DNA of 63,997 bases, counting the filler, from Jimgerdemannia flammicorona (taxonomy: Eukaryota), in NCBI GenBank assembly GCA_003990765.1. It is 3 parts of 3 records of this genome, joined end to end, with 100 filler letters (N's around TTAATTAATTAA, not from the genome) between each part and the next. Parts side by side here need not be neighbours in the genome. Positions count along the whole stretch, not along the records: positions 21,652 to 43,200 come from RBNJ01001431.1; 2 more parts are not named here. The stretch is one strand, 5' to 3'. How positions within the stretch are numbered: position 1 is the stretch's first letter; the number at the start of each line of letters is the position of its first letter. The notes under the pieces are model-generated. The model had not been told where the DNA came from, did no database searches, and saw only the letters and a program-made list of their open reading frames with translations. Positions 25,288-35,939 of this stretch are shown here, in pieces. The translations under genes were made by a program, and so were the position numbers.

Positions 25288-27357
25288 ATGATCATCAAAA
25301 GAGGGAGTATTCAAGGTAGAAACACACTCTCTGCTGACAATGTTAGATTCTTTCTCATATAGACAACATACAAGCTGCTCATCAAGAGCCAAAGGGGTGA
25401 TGGCGGTGGTGGTGGCGATGGTGATGGCGGGGATGAGGGAGAATTCCGGCAACAACTCATGGCAGCTCTTCGGACCTCAGAATTCACAGACCTCATAGCT
25501 ATGTATGCAGCAGCCTTTTTGGAGTAGCCGATAGTAGATGTAGGTTGCTCACTTGGCCACCACTTGTTTACTTGTGTTTATTTAAACTTCCCCAGTATGA
25601 CCCAATTCACCTCGTGCTTTTCTTAGAGTCCACAGCTCTATGGCGAGATCTGCTGACTTTATTTGCAACATCTGGTCAAGATGAAGAAAGGCTAGTGGAT
25701 GTTGTGGGGCATGCCTTTGGTGGCTGAGCTGTTGAGTCAATGCATCACATGGTGGAGGTCTCAAAAGGAACAGAAGCAAGCCTTCGTGAGCAATCCTTGT
25801 GCAACTCATGCAACTCGTCGGCGTGCAACTCATTGGTATGCAGCTCACTCACTCATACTCTTTTTCTGAAATACCTATCTCTGTATTTTATTTAATTTCA
25901 TTTTTATGTGGTCTCCCCCTAAAAAACACCCACACCCACATGTAACCCACACACAACCTGTCCACACACAACCCGCCCACCTGCATGCAATCCGCCCACA
26001 TGCAACCCACCTGCAACCTGCCCACATGCAACCTGCCCACATGCAACCCACCTGCAACCTGCCTGCACACAACCTGCCCACATGTAACCCATCCACATAC
26101 TTATCTTGGTCCCTCAGATCAGGGCTCAGTTCCATTAGAAAGGAGAGTTCAAAGTTACCTGAGTTCAACCACATCCAGCATCTGATCAAATAGAGAAATT
26201 TGAGGGCAAGATATTCAGCATGAGCAGTACCAGTATCATCATCAAGGCTTGGGGGTCTACATTTGAATCAGAGCCAATCATACTCGACCAAGGGGTCCAT
26301 TGGCCAGCAGGAGTAACCAACGATGAAGAGAATCATATCTTTATTAATGAATGTGGAGAGGTGGTTGTGATGGTGATAAGGAACCTCTATGGTGATGAGC
26401 TTCACCACCATATTAACGAGATTTGTGAGGATTGCATCAAATACTGGGTGGCATGGAAGAGGGAGTGAAAAAAGCAAGGAGGGGGGGTTTGGACAGGAAT
26501 TGGGTATACTGCAACACTGGTGAAGGGTGGGTTCCGAAATCCCCTACACTTGTCTCTCTTTTTTTTTAACCCCTCTCCAGATAAATCACACTCTTCACCG
26601 ACATACTCTTTTTGATACAATTCCAGAGATATACAAGATTCTGTACCCCTATCAGAACTTTAGAAGTGCTGTCGAAGAGCAAACTACATGCGAGCATAAC
26701 ACAGCCTGTGCAGTGATGGTGGCTATGATCTGGGGTTCTTTGAGCAGATTAGTAGAGCGTACGGCAGGCCAGCTTGGTGGTAATCTCAGCGTGGCTGTAT
26801 GTATGTTCTTAGCGCAATTTAGCATGCCATATGAGGTGAGGAGCTCTGCTTTTTTGGGGTGCTATAGCCTGGGGGATTTCTGTGGCCCGGGGGGTTTCTG
26901 CCCCCCGAATGCAAAAAGGACTGACCAGTTACCATCTATTTTGACAGGATTCCAAGCTGGGGCTCCTGGGGCTGGACCAAGGGCAGGCATCTACCAGTAC
27001 AACCTGGCAGTATGAGGTCCTGGGCCAAGGGTTCACCCAACTGTATGCTCGCATCACATTAGGATATATCAGGCACAACCTTTCTCTACCCATACACACA
27101 GACAACAACGTCACCCCGGTAATGTTTTACATCCTGGAAAGGAAGGACCCAACCTGAGAGGATAGCAGCGGAGTCTGGTACGACCTCACCTACAGTTTCG
27201 GGGTCTCGTTTGTGGCTAACACGGCTATCCTATTCCAACCACATGACTACCACGGCACTGTCCCTTCGAGGAGAGCTCAGACACAACAGTCGTCACACTC
27301 ACAACAGATGACAGGCTCATCAAGGCCTGGGACCAGTGGGTGGAGCAGTTTTTGTGA
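25288..27357 (+). pseudogene. TET-like 2-oxoglutarate/Fe(II) dioxygenase cargo gene (multi-exon, disabled)
   Basis: Last exon from 26948 (after intron 26836-26947) reads ...GYIRHNLSLPIHTDNN...SSGVWYDLTYSFGVSFVANTAILFQPHDYHGTV (HxD at 27095-27103, distal His at 27251); upstream exon HIFINECGEVVVMVIRN...GGVWTGIGY; stops are C>T or G>A type; 1-nt deletion at ~27262; 5' exons less certain. Confidence 0.78.
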
Positions 27358-27639
27358 GGGTTAGGCAATCTTTTGTGAGGGTTAGGCAGCCATTTTGTGC
27401 AGGTTGGGTAGTCTTATGTGGGGGGATTGGGCCGGGCACCTCTTATGTAGCACTAGCTTAGCCATTATGCAGGGCCCTACCAGCCCCTCGGCCCTGCTCT
27501 GTAGTGCTACCAGTGCAGTGCTGCGGTGCAGGGCCAGGGTGCCCATGGGACCCGAACCGGCAACTTCGACTACCAGAAATGCCCTCTGACCACCAGAAGC
27601 ACCCTCCGACTGCCAGAAGCACTCTCTGCCCCGAACTCC

Positions 27640-27985
27640 TTGGTGGCTTGGGGCTGCCCCTATGCCACTAGCAGAGGGCTGCAAATTTTGTGCGCTCCCT
27701 CTGCCTGCCCTGCCTGCCAACTGACCATGCCCACTGACCCAGGTACTGATAGCTTGGGGCTGCCCCTCGCTGCTAGCAGAGGGCCGCAAATTTTGCATGC
27801 TCCCTCCACCTCCCCCCTGACCTGGACACTTGTGGCTTGGGACTGCCCCTTGCTGTTGGCAGAGGGCCGCAAATTTTGCATGCTCCCTCCACCAACCCAC
27901 CCACTGACCTGCCCACTGATCCAGGCACTGGCAGCTTGGGGCTGCCCCTTGCTGCTGGCTGAGGGCCGCAAAAATTGCACACTCT
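27640..27985. repeat. GC-rich repeat (~90-110 bp spacing) x4 between the convergent cargo and transposase genes
   Basis: GCTTGGGGCTGCCCCT...GAGGGCCGCAAATTTTGCATGCTCCCTCC recurring. Confidence 0.8.
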
Positions 27986-28128
27986 CTCCGCTGCTGCCAC
28001 CACCAACCCTGCCCCACTTTGGCTACAAACTCTGGGCCGAGTTCTCAGGTTTTTTTTCCTTTTTATTAATTTGAAAGGTATTAAATATTCCACAAGGCCA
28101 ACCAACTTATCCGTGGACCCGCCAAATT

Positions 28129-30650
28129 TTAGCGGCCCAAGCCCCACCAAGACTTCAGACACATACATGCCTGGATTGTCTCAGCATTTAGTGCACACCT
28201 CTTTGGGGCAACAAGGTCCACCCCATCTGAGAACACCCACTTGATGGGAGCACTGGAGGCAGGAATTGCCAGGTAGTCCCGAGCCATACCACACAGGCTG
28301 GAGAAGTCTATTTGACACAGCTGCACACTCCGGTGGGTAGAGCGGTGGTTAGATTGATGGGTTAAATTGGCCCAATGCCTGCCTGACAATCCACCTTCCA
28401 CCAGTTGAGCACCTCTGTGCCCTTCAGCAGGACTACGTGGTGACTGGCGAGGTAAATGGTAAGTTTGTCTATTGATGGCAGCTCTTCCACTGACAGCTCT
28501 CTCTTTCTCTTTCTGCTGAAGTAAATGTGGGACAGGAGAGATCCCTCGGCATATTCATCTGGACTTTGGCCAGAACCTTGCGGCAGTATGTAGTTTTTCC
28601 AGTACACTTCAATTATGGCCTGCTTGGTTCTCTCAATGAAGTGCTGCTCCCAGCCCTGATCTTTATGGTATTGTAGCTTTAAGCATAGGTCCAGCACTAT
28701 TCAAAGAAAAGGAGAGTGAGTTTTTGCAGGGTTTCCTCTGTTTTGGAAGGGGCAATGGCCACATGCTGACATCGACATATCTGTACTGATTGAGTATATG
28801 GCGGTATCTGTTTGGGAGTAGTATTTTCTAAGCTTGCTTAGAGTAACCTCCATGGCATCTCTCTGATCCAGGCTTAACTATAAATCACCACAACCCTTCA
28901 GCCTGTCCTCAAGCTTGTTCTCTAGCTGGTCAATCAGAAGGTTGTATACCAGTATTGCAGAGCTTATTGTTGGGGTTGTTTGTTTGACTATATCCTTCAT
29001 ACAATCGTTGAAATACTGGCAGTTATATGTGGTGAGGTATTCCACTGTGTGGAGGCAGACAAAACAAGTGTGGAGCCAGGGCAACCACCACTTACTTCCA
29101 AAACTCTGACAACATTTCTAAGTACATCCCACTTACTTTCACCTAGAGCCTCGGCCCATATTTCCTTATTGGCAGCCATCGTTGAATCTATTGGCTTTTT
29201 TTTTTTTTTTAAAATAAATCTTCCATCATCTGAAACAGTTGCTTCAGCCAACCGAAGAAAAAAAGGATGCATACCACAGCAAACTCCAGCATGTGCTGGA
29301 TCATTGCAAATGTTGAGTTCCAATGTGTACAGATGTCCAATATAAGCTCTTTCAGGGCTAAACTGATTACCCTACACTGCGCAGTGAATTTGTCTTATTA
29401 TTGTGGAGATGATCGGACCGACACAACCAGTTTGTGCAGCTTGGAAATTATACTCAGGGCCTCTCCTCTCTCAGATGTTTTGTCTACATGCATAAGATAG
29501 TCCTGAACAGTGAGGTTCAGTATGTGGGCCTGGCATCATACATGGTAGTTTTCTGTACTGAAGGCCACATTTTCCTGTTTGAGGCTGGCTGCTAAACCTT
29601 GGAAAAATGTTGAGTTATTTGTGGCATTGTCTGTTATAATGTCCAAAATCTGTACTTGAAATATTTGGTTGACAAATTTATGTAAAAATAAGTAACCAAT
29701 AAAATCTGGTTTGGTTTAGGACCTCCCTCAAAATGCCGACCTGACAGCAAGCCCCCCTTTTTTACCTTGGTGGTGATCCCAAGCTCCCAGATACAACTAA
29801 TAAAAGTATCTGTGATGTTGTCTCCAGAATGAGGGCCAGCAAGTTTGATGAAGTCAAGGGTGAGAGATTTAAGCTGCCAATCGAGGTCAATCCAATAACC
29901 GGTAATACCCAGAAATGAATTTGCATTGGGAGATGTCCATGTGTCAATTGTAAATGAAATTTTGTCTGCCAAATTCTGCTTATTGAATGTGAGGTTAAAT
30001 TGGTGAGCTCTTTTATATAATTCAGCTTGCAAAGGTCATGGTGCTGCCCTTATTTTACCTGAAGTGTCTGGTGGAGATTGTTGTACTCCTTCCTATAGGC
30101 CTCCAGGACATCTTTGCAAATAGTATCGGCACTTGGCAAATATAAATCATGCTTGAGGAGGCCAAAGATACTATACAATTGATCACTCTCGATGGTTGTG
30201 AATGGCTGGTCTGTATACACAATCCAGTGAATGAGCCAATTTCGAAATTCTGCTGAAGAGTATGGCTAAAATTTTTGATTAAATGGCATTGTTGATATAG
30301 AAATGGTCAGGCAATCAGATAAACGTACCCACCATAGCTTGGATGTTGATTTTATTTGTCTCTGTGTTCTTTTTGATTTTGTCAGAGTGCTTATCTTTTA
30401 TGTGTCAATTCATGTTCAAAGTCATACCCCCAAGCATTTTGAACTTCTGGCTGGTGCAGTTCATGGGGGTGGATGAAACAATATCATGTGTATGTCAAAA
30501 CAATATCATGTGTGTGTCAAAACAAAGTGTCAATAGGTGTGTCTTAATTTTTTACCTGTAATAATTACAAACAACATCATCTTCTATCTTAGTACAATAT
30601 TACTAGATTTTGGAGTGAGGATTGCGTGGAAGGTGTGGAACTATCAGGGA
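28129..30650 (-). pseudogene. hAT transposase (BED finger, DDE core, dimerisation domain), intron-containing, disabled
   Basis: ISFTIDTWTS, ITDNATNN, CQAHILNL, DICTHWNSTF, MARDYLAIPASSAPIKWVFS; BED remnants at ~30395-30620; start position uncertain. Confidence 0.93.
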
Positions 30651-30799
30651 TGTTTGACTTGAAGCATCATCGGTACTATGAACTGTTGAAGACTGATCTG
30701 TCGACATGTGTGTTTGCATGTTTGTATGTGCATGTATATGCGTGTGTGTATATGTGTGTATGTGTATTGTGTTGTGGATGCATCCAGCATATGAGTCAT

Positions 30800-31220
30800 G
30801 TGGAGGATTTGGATTGGAGGATTCAGTTGAAGGATTCAGATGAGAATTTGGATTGAAGGATTCAAATTGGAGGATTCAAATTGGAGGATTCGAATTAGAG
30901 GATTCGAATTGAGTGATTTGGATTGAGTGATTTGGATTGAGTGATTTGGATTGAGTGATTCGGATTGAGTGATTTGGATTGGAGTGGTTCAGATGGGTGA
31001 TTCAGATGGATGATTCAGATGGGGCGATTCAGATGGGGTGATTCAGATTGAGTGATTCGGATTGAGTGATTCGGATTGGGGTGGTTCAGATGGGCGATTT
31101 GGATGGGGCAATTTGGATGGGGCGATTCAGATTAAATCTGAGTTGATTCAGATGGCTTCAGATTTGAGATTTGAATCAAACTGTCATGTGACGAATCAAA
31201 TCCGGATTTGATTTGAATTG
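30800..31220. repeat. hAT subterminal 15-bp repeat array (GATTGAGTGATTYGG-like)
   Basis: More than 20 degenerate units next to the TIR. Confidence 0.9.
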
Positions 31221-32189
31221 ACTTGTTCGGAGCACTAGTTCTAGCTAAAGTCCAGATGAATATGCTGAAGGATCTCTTCTATCATACATTTACTTCAGCA
31301 AAAAGAGAAAGAGAGAGCTATCAGTAGAAGAACTACTATTAATGGATGAACTTATTAATTATCTTACTAGCAATTATATAATTCTACTAGAGAGTACAGA
31401 GGAGCTCAACTGATGGAAGATGGGTTGTTTTCCTATAGATAGTTGGTGAGATTGAGCTAATTTTAATCACTATTCTACCCCCAGAGTATGTGGTCTTCAA
31501 ACCAACCTCTCTAATCTATATAGTATAGCTCAGGACTATCTGGCCATTCCTGCTACCAGTGCTTCAGTCAAGTGAGTGTTCTCTAGTAGAATAGATCTTA
31601 TTTCTCCTAAGAAGTATATGCTAAATACTGAGAAAATCCAGACTTATATATCCTTTAAGTCTTGGTTAAGTGTAGACTACTAAAATTGGATAAGTTCTAC
31701 AGTATTAAATATAAGTCAGAATAAATTATTTTTTGTACAATATAATCAGAAGTATATATTTATATAAAAAAGAGTTCAGTTTAGAGTATAAAATAATAGA
31801 CAGAGAGAGCATACTAGACTTTGTAATTCTTTACAAGTTATAAGAAGTAACTATGAGCTGCCTAAGTAGTAAATATTGGCCAAAAAGTACCAAGATTGAC
31901 AGAGAGAGTGTGTAAAATTTATAGCCCTCTGCTAGTAGTAAAGAGCAATCCCAAGCTATCAGTTGGTATAGAAGTCCAGATCAGAGAGTTTGTAGCCTAA
32001 TGATCTACTATAAGAAGTAGCTACAAGTAGTTAGATTTTAGCATAAATTTAGATCTTATAGGTACCCTGGCTCTACACTATAGTACTGCATCAGCAATAC
32101 TACAAAACAGGATCAAGAGGTCAGTAAAGTCTGGCAAAAAGCTAAACTAGTACTATAAAAAGAGATACCTGACTATCTAATCTTTACAA

Positions 32190-34310
32190 AACTACTTTAC
32201 TCACTAGTCTCAGGTTTTAATAAGTCTATCATTTATTATAAGTACAATTACTATAGTGTCTGAGCTCTTCTTAAAGGCAATAGTACTATAGAGATTATAT
32301 AGTTGAAATAGGATAGCTATATTGACCATAAATGAGATCCTGAAAACATAGCTAAGGTTATATCAGATACTATTAATTCACTCCCAAGTTGGGCCTTTCC
32401 TTTTCAGAATATAAAATATTATCAAAGTGACATTGTTGTTTATATATAGGCAGAGAAATATTGTATCTAATATACTCTAATATGATATAAGTATATGGTT
32501 GAGTGAACTCTTGGTCTAGAATATCATATTGCCAGACAATACTAGAGGATATATACTCTTTATCAAGCTCTAGAAGCTCTAGCTTAGAAATCTGCTAAAA
32601 TGGATAGCATCTGAACAATCCTTCCTTTTTGTATATAGGAAAAATCCTCAGACTAAACCAAAAGAAAGTCAAGCTCCTCATCTCATATGATAAACTAAAT
32701 TGTACTAAGAATATATATATAGCTATACTGAGAGTATCACTAAGCTAGTCTGCTATTAACTTTAATAATCTGCTCAAAGATCTCTAGATTATGGCTGCTA
32801 TTATAATATAGACCATATTATGCTCACATATAGCTTATTCTTTTACAGTACTTCTAAAGTTCTGATAAGAGTATAGAATCTTATATATTTCTGGAAATTT
32901 AACAAGAATAAGTTAGTAAAGAAAATTTCAAAAAAGAAAATAAATGTGGAGGATTTCAGAAAAGTCCCAGAGAACCTACTCTTTGTCAATATTATAGTAT
33001 ATCTAATTTTCAGCCAAACTCTCTCTTCTTGCTTTTTATATCTCCTCTTTCCACCAACTGATATTTGATATAATTCTTATAAATCTCATTAATATAGCAA
33101 TGAAGCTCATCATCATAGAGATTTATTACTACTATTATAACTATCTCTCTATGATTATTAACAATAATATAGCTCTCTTTATCATTAAATACTCCAGCAG
33201 GTCAATAGGCTCCTCAATCAAGAACAATTAACTATAATTTAAATATAGATCCTCAAGTCTTAATAGTAATCTTAGTATTGCTCATACTGAATAACTTGCT
33301 CTCAAACTTCTCTAATTAATCAGATACTAAATGTGGTTGAACTTGAATAACTTTGAAATCTCTTCTGCAATAAAACTGAGTCTTGATCTGAGTAGTAGGC
33401 TGAGTTAAGTATATAGATAGATTATATATAAGTATTATATAGAAATTTTTAAAAGAATAAAAAAGAGAGAGAAAATAAAAAAATAAAATAAAATAAAATA
33501 AAGTTAATTATTTTCAAAAGAGTATAAGAATAAGTTATATATATATTATATAAGATTACTTACAAAGGCTTGCTTCTGATCCTTTTGAGATCTCTACTAT
33601 ATAATATATTGACTTAATAGCTTAGCTACTAAAGACATATCTCATAATATTCTCCAGCCTTTCTTTATCTTAATCAGATATTACAAATAAAGCCAGCAGA
33701 TCTTACTATAGAGCTGTAGATTCTAAGAAAAAGAGAATAGTATAAAGTAAATTCAGTCATACTGTAAGATTTAAATATAGTAGCAAAAAGACAACCTACA
33801 TCTACTATTAGTTACTTTAAAAAGGCTACTGTATATATAGTTATAAGATCTATGAATTCCAAGATCTGAAGAGTTACTATAAGTTATTACTGAAATTCTC
33901 TCTTATCTTTATTATCATCTGTACTCCTAAATGAATTGAATCAAATGAGGGTTCAATTTGAATTCTATTTTTCAAAATGTAATAACTCAATAAATATATG
34001 TTCAAAATTAATAAGCTAAAGATTATTAAATTTAGACATATTTTTATTAAGTTATTATATTTAAAAAAAATAGAGTTTAAATCAAATCTTGAATTGAATT
34101 AGACCTTTGATTTGATTCATTGAAAGTACTAATCATTACCATCACTATTACTATTGCCATTATTATTGCCATTATTATTACTATTATTACTGCTACTTTG
34201 GTTTTTAATAAGCAGCTTACATACTATTTATATGAGAAAAAATTTAATATTATCAGTAGAGAGTATTTTTTTATCTTGAATATTCTCTCTTTTGATAATT
34301 ATTAAATAAA
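32190..34310 (-). pseudogene. Second, highly decayed copy of the TET-like cargo gene
   Basis: Reverse complement aligns along 25288-27357 (e.g. ATAGCTATCCTATTTCAACTATAT vs ACGGCTATCCTATTCCAACCACAT). Confidence 0.85.
33919..34131. mobile_element. Degenerate hAT MITE
   Basis: Decayed TAGTGCTCC-type ends, similar to 51265-51609; flanks ATTATCAT and ATCATTAC both derivable from host GCCATCAC by transitions. Confidence 0.75.
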
Positions 34311-34519
34311 TAAAAAAATGAGTAGACCAATATATAATTAAGAGCTACTATTTATTTGTTTATAATATAGTAGTATAGTAAGGCAGAAAAAAAAAAAAGT
34401 ATTGGGAAAAGAAAATAATATAAAAAGAGTGATATTACTAATCTAAGTTGATTCAAATCTATTATATAACAAATCTGAATTGGATCTCATCTGAATAAAT
34501 AAATTCATTTAAAGTAATA

Positions 34520-35939
34520 CTAGTATCAGATTTATATACTTTGTCTTGGATTTTTACAGTAATGTAGAATCTCTTGACTTTGATTTTTTCAGAGAATTCT
34601 TTAGAATCATATTCTATTATAGTAATAGTATATTAGAAGGATGGCTCTTTATTTGTATTAGTCTTCTTATTAGGATATTTGTGAGATATATGTCCTCTCT
34701 TTTTATAATTAAAATATACTTCTTTCTTTATAAGTTCTTCAATTTTCTTATCAGATAGTTTCTTAAATTTATCTTATAGTTTTGAGGACTTAATTCAGAG
34801 TTTTTACTTCTTCTTGAATTGACATCATTTATCTCTTATATTGTTGTTTCTATTGTATCTTAGTCTTTGAGCTATAGGGATGATACATACTTTAGTAATA
34901 GCTTGTCCTAGATACTATTATTTATATAGATAATTATAGAGTTATTCTTATTTGCAAATTTTCTCTAATAGCTATCTAGAGATGAGATCAAAGAACTGGG
35001 CAGCTTGGGTTCCATTTATGGTCTATTCTCATTAGCTGTATTCTACTCCTTTAATATTCAGAAACATTTTTAGTCTTATAGTAAATACTTTAAGAACTTC
35101 TTTTCTATCATTATAGAATCAAAGGTTCTTAAGCTTAGTTCTGGCTTCAGTAATGTGGGCAGAGTTGTAAAATTATTAAATAATTAGTTTCTTTAGACCC
35201 ATAGTAGCTAGATAGACTTTATAGTTAGGGTAATTATTATCTTCTTTACTTGTATCAATTTTGGTACAAGTTTTTCAAATGAGAGGATATACTGATAGAT
35301 TGTATCACTACTGGGTAGCTGTGTCTGTGAAATGGGTGGCAACTTTCTCTACTTGTGAGTCTGCAGTTATATAGAGATCTTCAATCTTATAGTACTTATT
35401 ATTATTAAGAGTACTGAAGTTCTGATTATTATTCCATTTATTGGTATAATAATTAGGATTAATAACTTATCTTATAAATATTATTACTTAGTCTGCTTTA
35501 TCTTTAAATATTATAAGGCAGAGGTCTTTTATAGAGTTGTTTCTTTTAATACTAAGATAAAGGGCTTGAGTGAGTATAGCTACTTGATCAGCTAGTACTG
35601 CTATCTTATTATCTATAGATATCATTCCACTATCTCTATTTCTGTTTTATAAGATAGTTAGAGTCCTTCTTCTATTATTGTGGTATATTGATCATGATTT
35701 GGAGTTAACTCTTTTATAATATCACTAAGGTAGATGAGCTTGTAGGCTAGTGGTCTTGATGGATAACTGTTAGATCTGCTGTGATTTTGATATTTTTGAT
35801 ATTCTTTATAATAGTTCTATAATAGTACTAGGCCCACTAATATTAGGTTTAGATATTTCTTCAATTATTCTCCTAGGTGACAGAGACCTCACTAAATTCA
35901 ATAACTTGTAGTTCTTATTACTAGATTATTCTTATTTAT
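34520..35939 (-). mobile_element. Very old Ty3/Gypsy gag remnant
   Basis: EVYFNYKKRGHISHKYP = CCHC knuckle with Cys>Tyr decay (~34670-34725); KVATHFTDTATQ**Y gag-like segment (~35310-35350). Confidence 0.65.

Larger units (their letters stand above)
24955..31237 (-). mobile_element. Complete hAT DNA transposon (6283 bp) with transposase and TET-like cargo gene
   Basis: TIRs TAGTGCTCTGAA / TTCGGAGCACTA; perfect 8-bp TSD GTTCTAGC (24947-24954, 31238-31245); GATT-rich subterminal repeats at both ends. Confidence 0.96.
23979..34519 (+). mobile_element. Older, heavily mutated copy of the TET-carrying hAT family (transposase + strand, cargo - strand); 5' end cut by a Gypsy LTR
   Basis: 23979-24954 joined to 31246-31680 reads KNYALL*GSS*SPDEYAEGSLLSYIYFSKKRKREL...DYLAIPATSASV, matching the inner element; decayed TIR ends at ~34519. 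Confidence 0.9.

Noticed and set aside
25875..26193. Repetitive ORFs (MQPAH/CNLPT)
   Set aside because: A ~15-bp simple repeat inside a predicted intron of the cargo gene
27382..28168. Overlapping 130-211 aa ORFs in the hAT spacer
   Set aside because: Caused by GC-rich tandem repeats; no protein motifs
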